A program made the translations under genes and the position numbers. Below, in pieces: positions 11,777 to 22,685 of a stretch of DNA of 64,000 nucleotides. This DNA comes from Octopus sinensis. Lineage: Eukaryota. The stretch covers positions 744,001-808,000 of the forward strand of contig NC_043001.1 in NCBI RefSeq assembly GCF_006345805.1, read 5' to 3'. The notes beneath the pieces are model-generated. The model saw only the letters and a program-made list of their open reading frames with translations. It had not been told where the DNA came from and made no database searches. The first letter of the stretch is position 1; each line of letters opens with the position of its first letter.

Positions 11777-12513
11777 CATAGATACATGCTTACATGTGTG
11801 TGTGTGTGTATATATATACACACATAGATGCATACACACATAAATATAAATAAATTCTAGCAACATAACACAGTGCATGTATGTAACTGAAACAGCAGCA
11901 GCTGCAGTTTTGTCCAACAAAATATACTTCAATATACTTCAGAGCTGGGCAAAACAAAATCACTCCAGAAATGACCATCAGACTGACAAATACATATTTC
12001 GCCACAGCTTCTAGTGTTTCAACTATATGCATATATCATGTATGTTGTATTGACAGAATTTTGACTCTGGAGCTGGGTTTAAAAACAAATTTTTTTTTTT
12101 ATACATAATTTGTTATTCGGTTCATGTGACACCTTTGTAAATTAGTGTATGAGACTAGACACTATCTCATATACTTCAGAATGGCCGATATGATTTTATT
12201 TTGGAAATGACATTGATAAGTTACAACAACAGGGAAATACATATCTGTCACTCTTGGGTCAATTGGCTCTCTCTAGCTCTGAAGTATATTGGATTTTCTT
12301 ACACAATATGTCCATGAAGGTTTTTTTCCATTTTTTTTTTCCCAGACGAAAACTGCTGCTTCTAACATTTCAGCTACACACTCATCCATTAAGTATACTT
12401 AGAATTTCTTTTACTACAGATCTGTTTCTATTGCATAATTTATATATATATATATATATTCTCGTTGTTTACGTATTGCATGTTGTTTGAACCGTTGGTG
12501 ACATCCTGAACCC

Positions 12514-12550
<37 letters not shown>

Positions 12551-12553
<3 letters not shown>

Positions 12554-13088
12554 GAAAAGAGTGAAAAAACTACAGAAGGCTTGTTTTATAATGTTAAAGA
12601 ATATATTTAAGTCGTTATGTTAGAAAAATGTTATAAAATTTTGCATATAGTAACATAGTTTTTGGAGAAATTACCGGTTTTGTGTTAACATTCTTCATTG
12701 AAAAATATAAGCCTGAACTTAACCATCCTAACATTCTTATACAGAGAAACTCATCTCATTAAAAAAGGGGAGAAGAAATATAAAGCGATTATCTCCCTTA
12801 TACCGGAGGAAATCGCTTATTACCTCCCCCTACCTGGAACTCTTCTTTGCACTGCATAATGAAGACATGACACAATGTAGGTAAAGACATTAGAGAAATT
12901 TGAAAAGTTAACACGAAACCGGTAATTTCTCCAAAAACTGTTTCTATATGCAAAATTTTCTAACATTTTTCTAACATAACGACTTAAATATATTCTTTAA
13001 CCTTATAAAACAAGCCTTCTGTAGTTTTTTCACTCTTTTCTATTTTCTATATATCCAACCACGTGCTTTCACACAACAACTCTCTCAC
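12551..13088. mobile_element. Foldback element between (TA)n runs: ~145 bp arms, ~200 bp spacer, ~45 bp one-sided tail
   Basis: 12551-12697 is the reverse complement of 12901-13043 with few mismatches. The inner ends of the arms carry HHR-like cores. Confidence 0.85.
12893..12931 (+). ncRNA. Degenerate minimal type-I hammerhead motif at the inner end of the foldback arm
   Basis: GAGAAAT-TTGAAAA-GTTAACAC-GAAAC-CG-GTA-ATTTCTC. Stem I is a perfect 7 bp, stem III the palindrome ACCGGT, and the triplet GUA. The mirror arm reads TGAAGA-ATGTTAACAC-AAAAC-CG-GTA-ATTTCTC, so the inferred consensus is CTGAAGA-GTGTTAACAC-GAAAC-CG-GTA. Confidence 0.55.
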
Positions 13089-13114
13089 CTATATATATAT
13101 ATATATATATATAT

Positions 13115-13505
13115 CATTATCGTTTAGCGTCCGCTTTCCATGCTAGCATAGGTTGGGTGGTTCAACTGAGGTCTGGGAAGCCAGAAGACTGCACCAGGCC
13201 CAGTCTGATCTGGCAGTGTTTCTATGGCTGGATGCCCTTCCTAATGCCAACCACTCCGTGAGTGTAGTGGGTGCTTTTTACGTGCCACCGGCACAGGTAA
13301 CAGACGAGGCTGGCAAATGGCCACGATCGGATTGTGCTTTTTATGTCCCACCGGCACGGAGGCCTGATGAGGCTGGCAACGGCCACGATTGGATGGTGCT
13401 TTTTATGTGCCACCCGCACGGAGGCCAGTCAGGGCGGCACTGGCAAACGCCCATGTTTAGATGGTTCTCTTACGTGCCACCGGCACTGGTATCACAGCTA
13501 CAATT
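13115..13505 (-). mobile_element. RTE-tail SINE with four internal ~60 bp tandem units
   Basis: Repeated gtgcttttta(c/t)gtgccaccggcac units from 13271 to ~13490. Confidence 0.8.
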
Positions 13506-13518
13506 TCCATTGATGTTG

Positions 13519-13563
<45 letters not shown>

Positions 13564-14469
13564 CTATTTTATATTCAAGAATACACCATGTAGTAAATAG
13601 TGAATAAAGAGTCTCATGAATTCCAGTTTCTTTCTCTCATATTTTATCTGTCTGTTTGTCTATCTATTTATACATACATACTTGTATATATACATATTTA
13701 TGTACACACGCACACATAATATATATATACACATGCACACAAATGCATATACACATATATATTTATATGGAAACATATATCAATGAGTCTGGTTGTCAAT
13801 GAGATTTGAGACAAATTATCTCATCAAATTCTCCCTCCCTTTCTTCATCTATTTTTACTCCCTTCCTTCCAATATTTTGCTTGATTATACCTGCTACTTA
13901 AAATGGCTTTATGGGTATAAATAGTTTTGGTGAGATTTAAGAGTTAATCAGCTTCTTGCTTTCTGTAGCATTCAGACAAATTGATTTCAACTTGGGTGGT
14001 CATGGGAAAACTGCACAGTACACGGGGATAAACTAGTAGTTGTCAACAGGGAAACAACATGATGCAAGACTGTTTAATTTAAATTGATGAAACAATTGTA
14101 AACTAAGCAGTAAATGCAATTTTCACTTTCCATTCTTTGATACTTTTATATACTCTAGGAATATTTTAAGGATTTTCAGATTACTGGTGCTGTGACATCC
14201 TTAAGAGATGTCTTCACCTTTCAATTTTCAAAAAGCTACCATCCATGGAAGTGTTTCATAAAGTAAACAACTGGATTATATATCCCAATTTACCTATTAT
14301 ATATACACATATAGTATTTAGAATAAGGGCTGCTAACAGTTTCTTGCCATAGAGACACCAAAGTCAGGCAGATTTATGCAATAAATTATTAGTAGCTCAT
14401 ATCTTTATACTGTGTACATTAAATGATTTTCATCTCTCACTGGATGGAATACAATTTTTGTCAATCCTA

Positions 14470-14685
14470 AGCACTATCCAAACATGATCAATGTCAGGCT
14501 CGCCTGACTGGCTCCTGTGTTGGTGGTACGTAAAAAGCACCCCTGCCCTCCCAAAGTGGTTGGTGTTAGGAAGGGCATCCAGCTGTAGAAACATTGCCAG
14601 ATCAGACGAGCCTGGTGCAGCCACTCGCTCTCCAGACCTCAGTCAAACTGTCCAACCCATGCCAGCATGGAGAATGGACATTAGA
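14470..14685 (+). mobile_element. RTE-tail SINE
   Basis: gtggttggtgttaggaagggcatccagctgtagaaac...ccaacccatgccagcatgg. Confidence 0.75.
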
Positions 14686-15460
14686 CTTACCTCTGAGCTA
14701 TTTCCACCCCCATCTGTCAAGATAGGGAGGCACACACTGCCACACACATGTCAAAACCACCACCACATATACAGGTCAAGAATATGCAAATGAGTCATCA
14801 AGGAACTGGTGTGAAGTGTTGCTTGCATGATCCACGAAACAAACTTTGTGGATGATTAGTGGAGGGAATAAAGATGCTTCTGTTACTTGACTTGCTAGAA
14901 ATAGCCACCAATTTCTTTCAGATTACACCCTACATTATTAAAAAGGGAAAGGCACATTAATCCATGTGGTAGTGGTAGTAGTAGTAGTAGTAGTAGTAGT
15001 AGCAGCAGCAGCAGCAGTAGCAGCAGCAGCAGTAGCAGCAGCAACAGTAGCAAGGGTTAGGGTTGAAAATAAGTCTGTCTTGACGGGGCAGTCTTTGATC
15101 ATTGGACTTCTCCATCAGAACCAACAACATTCTGGTCAAGGTATTGTGTAATTAATCTAATTATCTAATTAATCCCCCCATCACCTTCTTCTTGTGTACA
15201 TCATTCCAGAAATCTCAATTATTTCCGTGTTAATCCATGTTAATCTGGCCCTGAAATCTTTGCAGTTTAGCTTTAACATCTTATCTCATTCGGTGAAGAA
15301 TGAATAAATAAAAAAATCAATAACAATAATCAGAAATGGAAGTCATCGTCTGTTCGTCCGAAGCATTTCTAACCATGTGAGAAAGATGTTCTGAGAGGAA
15401 CAACCAAGATTCTGGCCACTGTTGTATAGCTTTGTTTACCTTTGGCCCTTGCAGACTCAC

Positions 15461-15535
15461 GGCATGAATTGAAGCATTCCCTTGAATATCCTCCAGAGAC
15501 AACCATGTCTGACATGAAACCATAAGAGATCAGAG
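15461..15535 (-). other. Candidate 75-nt symmetric exon of an unidentified transcript
   Basis: attactccAG|CTCTGATC...TTCATGCC|GTGAGT. The phase-1 frame is open (LISYGFMSDMVVSGGYSRECFNSC). No homology recognised. Confidence 0.25.
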
Positions 15536-15589
15536 CTGGAGTAATATTTTAATCCCAGACGTGGTCTAACTGGCATTTCATCAATTAAG

Positions 15590-15885
15590 AGTTCTAGTTG
15601 ATCCGATCAATGGAACAGCCTGCTCATGCAATTAATGTGCAAGTGGCTGAGTACTCCACAGACATGTGTACCCTTAACGTAATTCTCAGGGAGATTCAGC
15701 ATTGTATAGAATGTAACAAGGCTGGCCCCTTCGAATTAAAGTCGTTATTCATTTTTGCCAGTTGAGTAGACGGGATCATTGTAAAATAAAGAGTCTTGCT
15801 CAAAGATAGAATGCACCACCAGGAATCGAACTCCTGATCTTACAATCATGAGATGAACAGCCTAACCACTAAGCCACGTGCTTCC
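15590..15885 (-). mobile_element. tRNA-derived SINE (family with gatcaa..ggaacagcctgctc / cccttaacgt body)
   Basis: Minus-strand head gcacgtggcttagtggttagg..ttcgattcctgg; the body matches the plus-strand copy at 54065-54305. Confidence 0.65.
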
Positions 15886-16539
15886 CCAGAGTTGAATTAC
15901 GGGTATTTAAGGGTTTCATCTAAGCTGACAAAAGTCAGTCATTTTTTGTTTTACAAATTCATGTGAGTAACCAACAAGTTCTGTTCTGTCCCCATTCTGT
16001 AGCCCCATTTCAGTTGAAGGAATTTTAAAGGGGTTGGCATTAAGAAGAGCATCAAGCCATAGAAACCATGCCAAAGTAAAGCATAGTGCAGTCCTCGGAC
16101 CTTCTGGATCATGTCAAACCATCCAACCCATGCCAGGATGGAAGATAAATGTTAGATGATGATGATGCTAAGCATTTTAAATTACTGTTTTGGTTTTAAA
16201 GATTCAATCATGGTTTCAAAAGACTTTATCAGTGAGTAATTTCATATTCAAAGGTGTACAAAAGGTATTCCCATCTCTGCACTGTTAGATCACTGACCCT
16301 GCTTGAAATAACAGCTGAATCTCCCTCAAATCCTGTCAAAAAATCTTTGGGGAAAGACATTGGATAAACTGGTACGGGTATATATAATGTTTGGAAGCAG
16401 TAAAGATGGCCAAAGGGGAAATACCTTTGATCCTTGGTGTATTTAATCAGGGGCAGCCTGGGGGTGGTGGTGGTGGTAGTGGTGGTTAAGCCATGGCCAC
16501 TGCTGTGGCTACTACTACTACAACTATTACTACTACTTA

Positions 16540-17190
16540 CTTGACATGCAATGCTGGTCACTAATTTGTGATAGACTCCATCAAATGCCAGTGGGATAAG
16601 CTAGAAGTAGTTGATAGCTTCTGTAATCTTGGTGACCATGTCAGCAGTGGGGGTGGATGCTCTAAGAGCATGGCTGTGAGAATAAGAATAGGCTAGACAA
16701 AGTTCGGAGAGCTTCTTCCGCTGTTGGCAACAAAGGACCTCTCCCTCAGAGTGAAAGGTAGACTGTATGATGTCTGTGTGTGAACAGCTGTACTACATGG
16801 CAGTGAAACATGGGGTGTGACCACCGAAGACATGTGTAGGCTTGAAAGAAATGAAGCTAGTATGCTTCACTGGATGTGCAATGTCAGTGTGCATTCGACA
16901 GAGTGTAAGCATCTTGAGAGGAAAGTCGGGCATGAGAGGCATTAGTGTGGTGTGCATGAGAGACGAATGTGCTGGTATGGTCATGTGATGCATATGGATG
17001 AGGACAGCTGTGTGAAGAAGTACCAATCTCTAACTGTGGAGGGAACCTGTAGAAGAGGTAGACCTAGGAAGACATGGGACAAGGTGGTGAAGCATGATCT
17101 TAGAGCGTTGGGCCTCACAGAGGTAATGACAAGTGAACGAGACCTTTGGTGATATGCTGTTCTTGAGAAAACCCATCAAACTAAGTGAAA
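16540..17190 (+). mobile_element. RTE-clade LINE, C-terminal fragment
   Basis: KFGELLPLLATKDLSLRVKGRLY, LHGSETW, WYGHVMHMDEDSCVKK and RGRPRKTWDKVVKHDL, with stops and frameshifts. Confidence 0.88.
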
Positions 17191-17229
17191 TCATAGTCAT
17201 GGCTGATGCCAGTGTCACATATTTGGCAC

Positions 17230-17531
17230 ACATGCTGGTGGCTCACAAAAGGCACCTTTTGAATTTTGAGCCTCACAGAGTCTATGGGTCTGATGCCAGT
17301 GTCGATTAACTGGTACCTGCACCAGTGGCATGTAAAAAGCACTTTTTGAGTGCTGGGCCTCACAGAGGCAGGGTGACCTTTGGCAATATGCTATGGTTGA
17401 AATCGTAATTGTGCCATGCCACTGGCACCTGTGCTGGTAGCATGTAAAAGCACCCATTACACTCTTGGAGTGGTTGGCATTAGGAAGGCCATCCAGCCTT
17501 AGAAACAATGCATTGACAATGGATGTTAAAG

Positions 17532-17560
<29 letters not shown>
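17230..17560 (+). mobile_element. RTE-tail SINE with internal tandem units
   Basis: Repeated gtaaaaagcac units, then gagtggttggcattaggaagg and a (GAT)n tail. Confidence 0.7.
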
Positions 17561-17562
<2 letters not shown>

Positions 17563-18248
17563 ATAATAGAAAAGAACAGCTAGATTATAGTAATTACAGG
17601 TAATAACAAGGACCTTGAACTAACACCAGGAGGATGACAAGTGCCAGAAGGTGATAGGTGGGGGGGGGGGTGTCAGACTAAATTAGATTCCACCAAAGAA
17701 AATCAATAATTTAGTGGGGAGAATATTTTTGGTTTACATATTCTTTTAATGCTTGCTTGGGGTGGATGGGTACATATTTATGAAGCATTTTACTACAGCT
17801 AAATGCCTTTCCTTTTAACTCTTTAACCCTAACTTGCTTTTATTGAGAATCTCAGTAAATATTCATTTTCACTGCTCTGTGCTTGCATTCAGTGGCATCG
17901 AATCTTAACATTTATGCATGCACACACACACGCATACATGCACTCACTTACACACACACAAACACACACTCTCTCTCATTCTCTCTCTCATGCTACAGCT
18001 TTCTATACAATTTCTGTCTACCAATTCAACAATTACACTGACAGAACATTTGTAAATCTGTTTCAACAACAACGGAAGGTTTAAAGAACCACAAAGTCCA
18101 GTCACACAGTGGAATTGAACTCATGACTCTGTGGTTCCCAAGTGAACTCCACATCCACAGATCCAAGCCAGGACCCAAATATAATCACACACACACACAC
18201 ACACGCATATGGAAGAGAGAGAGAGAAAGGGAGAAAGATAGATGGATG

Positions 18249-18311
<63 letters not shown>

Positions 18312-19954
18312 AGAGAGCATTCTATAGATTTGTCTGACCAAAATTGAGTTTGAAAAGAATATATCATTGTGCAAGCAAAGCAGATAAAGGTACATATTTT
18401 TGCTTTTGTTTTGTTTTTGTTTTGTTGAGGAGAAAAACATAAAAGAAACTTGTTTAAGCAAAATATGCTACCAACAATAACAACAGCAAGAACAGCAATG
18501 AAGATAATGAAAAAGCGCTGTCTTTGAAAGCGTTGGTGAATAACCCAATTTCTAGAAGAGCACTCTGTAGCATGCATTGTACACTTTAAGTGCAAATTAT
18601 CTCTGTGCTTGATGTAGGTACGGATGATTGTGTCAGAGTACCTGCTCCACAACACACACCATACTTCTAATAACACGCTTTGCTTCGCTTTTAATCTTGA
18701 AAAGAAATATTCATTGTTAGGACAAAATATGCCTGTTTAAAATACCACTTCAATACTCATGAAATCTCTTATGAAGAATATGCGCTCTCTGTGTGTGTGT
18801 GTGTGTGTGTGCCAGCATATAAGTGAGTATGAACAAGAAAAATAGTGGGAGGCAGGTATAAGCATGCATATGTATAAGTTTGCATGAGTTTGAGTGCATG
18901 TGTGTGTGTGTGTGTGTGTGCGTGTGTGTGTTAGTGTGTATGTGTGTGCGTGTGTGTATGTATGAATGTATGTAAGCACATAAGTATATGTAACAGTTGC
19001 TTGCAGAAAATTAGGTTACACAAAGGAAAAAGTGGAGAGGAAAATATGATGTAAATATATAAGCCATGTATCAGATTACACAGCAAAGAAGAAATCATTG
19101 AGAGAAAGATGTATGGAAGTTGTGTGTGAGAAGAATTAACAGGATAAAATGTATGTCTGTTGCTTAATTGATTTTGATGTTGTTGTGTGTGTTTTTGATG
19201 CTGTTTTCTTCATTGATCGACAAATGGATATGAATAGGAAAGTGGGCATTAACATAGTTAATGGTGTGAGCTGAGAAATTGCAATTAATTAAAGTTATAA
19301 CCATAGTGATGAAGAAAGAATGAAAGAAAAAAAAAGAACAATCATTATTGTAATGGTGGGTTCTGGTCAAGAGAGGGAAGACAAAGCTGGGAATTGAAAT
19401 TGACTGAAATTAGATTATAGTGGAACATGGTGGGAGTCTAGCTTTTGGGAGGTACGGTGACAACACTAGACATATTTCTGTCCTATTAGACCTCATTAGC
19501 AAAGTATATAGTATTACTCTTATTAATGGATTATAGAGTGACTAATCAAGAAGATGTAGGGATCCATTGAATCAATGTTAATGAAGGTTAATTAGATAAA
19601 ATCTTGAGCAGCAAACCTAAAATCATAGACGAGGTTCCCAGTTTGAGTAAAAAGAAAACCAACAAGAATAGAAGAGAATAACTTTGTAGGCTTCATGAGT
19701 TGACTTGTCATGTGAAGTGGAGAAACGGAGCATTTGAAGCTGTTGCTGTTCATTTAAGTGTGAAGAAAAGAGGCATTGGGATGTCATTATTTTGGCTGTA
19801 AGCAGGAAAAAAAAATGAGAAGACAGTCAAGAATCTTTAGTCTAAAATACCTGGAACTGGAAATGGTTTGAGATTTGGATTTTTTTCTCTTTTGATCTAG
19901 GACAGATTGTAAATTTGTATCAGCAAAATGGAACAGCACAGGCACAAGACAAAT

Positions 19955-19957
<3 letters not shown>

Positions 19958-20021
<64 letters not shown>

Positions 20022-20031
20022 TAATAATAAC

Positions 20032-20066
<35 letters not shown>

Positions 20067-20118
20067 TAATAATAATAATTAATAATAATAATAATAATGA
20101 TAATAATAATAATAATAA
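19958..20118 (+). repeat. (TAA)n microsatellite, ~160 bp
   Basis: Directly visible. Confidence 0.97.
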
Positions 20119-20119
20119 T

Positions 20120-20425
20120 AGCAAAAGAGGCTGATTCCTACCTAGTACCAGGAAACACTAAAATGGCAGAAATTCAAAAGATAGTGCTCATGGGAACTGC
20201 CCATATCCTACATAAAATACTATCTATGTAATCTCAAATTTTAAAACAAACTTATAATATTTTTATGTTTTCTTAAACATTCTCTAGAACAATACTATGT
20301 ACAAAACCAAGTACATGACACCCTAGGTACAAGACCAACATGAACTTCTAACTTGTCTCTTGAGGTCTCTGGGTGAGACTTGGAGCCAACTTGTACAAAT
20401 ACAAAGCAAAAGTCAAACAAACAAT
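20120..20425 (+). mobile_element. R4/Dong-like (RLE) non-LTR element 3' end, copy 1
   Basis: KEADSYLVPGNTKMAEIQKIVLMGTAHILHKILSM* (stop at 20231), then a 3' UTR and (TAA)n. Confidence 0.75.
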
Positions 20426-20441
20426 AATAATAATAATAATA

Positions 20442-20493
<52 letters not shown>

Positions 20494-20519
20494 GAAGAAG
20501 AAGAAGAAGAAGAAGAAAT

Positions 20520-20705
20520 ACCCTACAATCTAGGTGTATTGCCAAAGTTGGCATTACTTGGAACCTGCACACCTATTGTGTCAAGTAGTGTCTGCCTTAG
20601 GTCTTTGTTGTGACTTGGCAGACAGTACAAACCCCCAACATCTTCAATCAACAACATCATGATATTGGACACTGTGCAACTTCTTAAATAATAATTCTGT
20701 AATAA
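20520..20705 (+). mobile_element. R4/Dong-like 3' end, copy 2 (different subfamily)
   Basis: LPKLALLGT/(+1 frameshift)AHLLCQVVS, then a UTR ending in aataataat-like repeats. Confidence 0.5.
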
Positions 20706-20714
20706 TACAATCCT

Positions 20715-21005
20715 CTTAAGTACGAAATAGCCTGGCTGTGAAAACTGAAAAAGGTGAAGATAGTGTCATTTATTGTGGGGTCCTTGGGGACAGTATCAGA
20801 AGGCATCAAGAGGAATATAAAGGAAATTGGAATAGAGTGCCCAGCAGAATTGTTAAAAATTCTCCGTCTCCAGAATAATCAGCAAAGTATTAGATAATTG
20901 AAAAGAACAGATAAGATGGTAGCGTAGGCTGCTGGCGGGAAACACACTACACATGCTTAAGTCGAGGAGTTACAACACAATCTGAGATAAAGAGAAAAAT
21001 AATAA
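20715..21005 (+). mobile_element. R4/Dong-like 3' end, copy 3 (different subfamily)
   Basis: LKYEIAWL*KLKKVKIVSFIVGSLGTVSEGIKRNIKEIGIECPAELL; ends in aataataat. Confidence 0.7.
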
Positions 21006-21288
21006 TCCTCCTTATCCTCATCACTGCTTAAATGTACACTTTCCATATTTGTATGTGTCACATGGAATTTGTTTTTTTTTTTTTAGTAATATAGGGAATG
21101 GCATGTTTGGTGTAAGTTAATAAATTTTGATTAGAATGTAATTATAAAAATGAATTTTAGGTTAAGAGACTTCTGCAGCTAATTGTTTCATGGTCAGTTG
21201 GGCAGTGATTAAGCTGGCCTCCCCTTAGCTTGTTGTGGTCATTCTGCAGGACTGAAAACAAGACCTGTCAAAGAATGGAGGTGCTTAC

Positions 21289-21436
21289 CATGAGCCAAAA
21301 GCCACCCACATGAGTGGTGTCTTGTAAAAACATAGTGCACATTTGGTGGCAAACTGTGCAGTTGGTCCAGGATCATAGCCACTAAAACTCTAATAAAGGA
21401 CAGACTAACTAAAATTTTGTTATCAAGCTGGAGTTG
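21289..21436 (-). other. Candidate 148-nt exon of an unidentified transcript
   Basis: Long pyrimidine tract ..ttattcttggacAG|, open phase-0 frame QLQLDNKILVSLSFIRVLVAMILDQLHSLPPNVHYVFTRHHSCGWLLAH, donor ATG|GTAAGC. No homology recognised. Confidence 0.25.
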
Positions 21437-21489
21437 CTGTCCAAGAATAATGTGGAATAGAATGAAAAAAAAAAATGTGTGAATAATTG

Positions 21490-21911
21490 GGATCTTTTTG
21501 GTTTGAATGGCAGTTTTTAACATAATTTCTAGGTAACTAAAAAATTTTAAACTTCGTATACTGGTAGAATGTGTTTATAAAACATCTTTTTCTCTTGGCT
21601 TTATTGAGAAAATTCTATAGTTTGTAAGATATTTGTCGTTCTTTTTTCTTCAATTTCTGCAATTTCAACCAATCAAATACGTCTATTGAGGTAAACAACA
21701 TTCCGTGCTGTATGAATATGTCCCTCGTTTAAGAAACAGATTGGGTTTATTTACATTTGTGAAGAAAAAAAGATACCCTTCCCCCACCCCCACCCCTAAC
21801 CCTAACCCTAAATAGATTCAAATGCAACAGATCGATACTAGGGTCATAATTATGGGTGACAATTTCATATAACACTGCTAGAAAAAACTGCCCTTCAAAC
21901 CGAAAAGATCC
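21490..21911. mobile_element. MITE with 8-bp TSD and GG termini (Merlin-like), containing (TAACCC)n
   Basis: AATAATTG|GGATCTTTTTGGTTTGAATGGCAGTTTTT ... AAAAACTGCCCTTCAAACCGAAAAGATCC|AATAATTG; ctaaccctaacccta at ~21796-21810. Confidence 0.85.
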
Positions 21912-22384
21912 AATAATTGTTATCTAAACAATTAATTATGATCATGAAAGAAGAGGAGATAACTCTGAAAGTCTAATGAATTAAAATTAAACATGCAATG
22001 CCGTGAGGAGCGAGAATGATTGTTTTATCAGGACATCAACAACTCCAGTTATGTTCCTGCCTTATTAGACCTCATTAGCACAAAGGAGAGTTTAACCAGT
22101 AGTGCACAATCTTGAATGATCCATTTACTTGGTCAGATGATTTGACTATAAAGTCTTAAAAAACTCTTAACTTTATTTAAGATGTGAGTCAAATCTAACT
22201 TAAAGCTAACTCTATCAAGTATAAAACAGAAAATATGTTGGATGATGTAATCCTATATAAATGAAGATTGAATAACAGATGAGATGGTCATGGCTGGAAT
22301 GCTTTTGTTTATATAGGACTAAATGGACCACAGTACTAATAGGATTCTATGACAAACAGTTACACTTCTACCAACAGGAAATTG

Positions 22385-22622
22385 GAAGTACAGCAGTATC
22401 TAGTAGCATTAGAAAAGTGCAAGAGTACCTAGCATTGTTAGAGCAGAGCAATATCTAACATTAGGAGAGTACAGCAAGTTCTTGTGGCATCAGTAGAGTA
22501 CAGCTGTGTCTAGTAATACATTAGATTACAACAGTATTCAGTAGCATCAGTTGAGTACAGCAGTATCTAACATTAATAGAGTACAGCAGCAGCTTCAGTA
22601 GAGTACAGCAGTAGCAAGTAGC

Positions 22623-22626
<4 letters not shown>
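22385..22626 (+). repeat. Degenerate minisatellite (~25-30 bp unit, AGAGTACAGCAGTATCTAGTAGCAT-like)
   Basis: agtacagc recurs about six times with variable spacers. Confidence 0.65.

Positions 22627-22685
<59 letters not shown>

Noticed and set aside
15053-15064. Interstitial telomere (agggttagggtt)
   Set aside because: Only two units, next to a GTA/GCA microsatellite.
22385-22626. CRISPR-like repeat-spacer array
   Set aside because: The units are degenerate with no unique constant-length spacers, and the context is eukaryotic with no cas genes.
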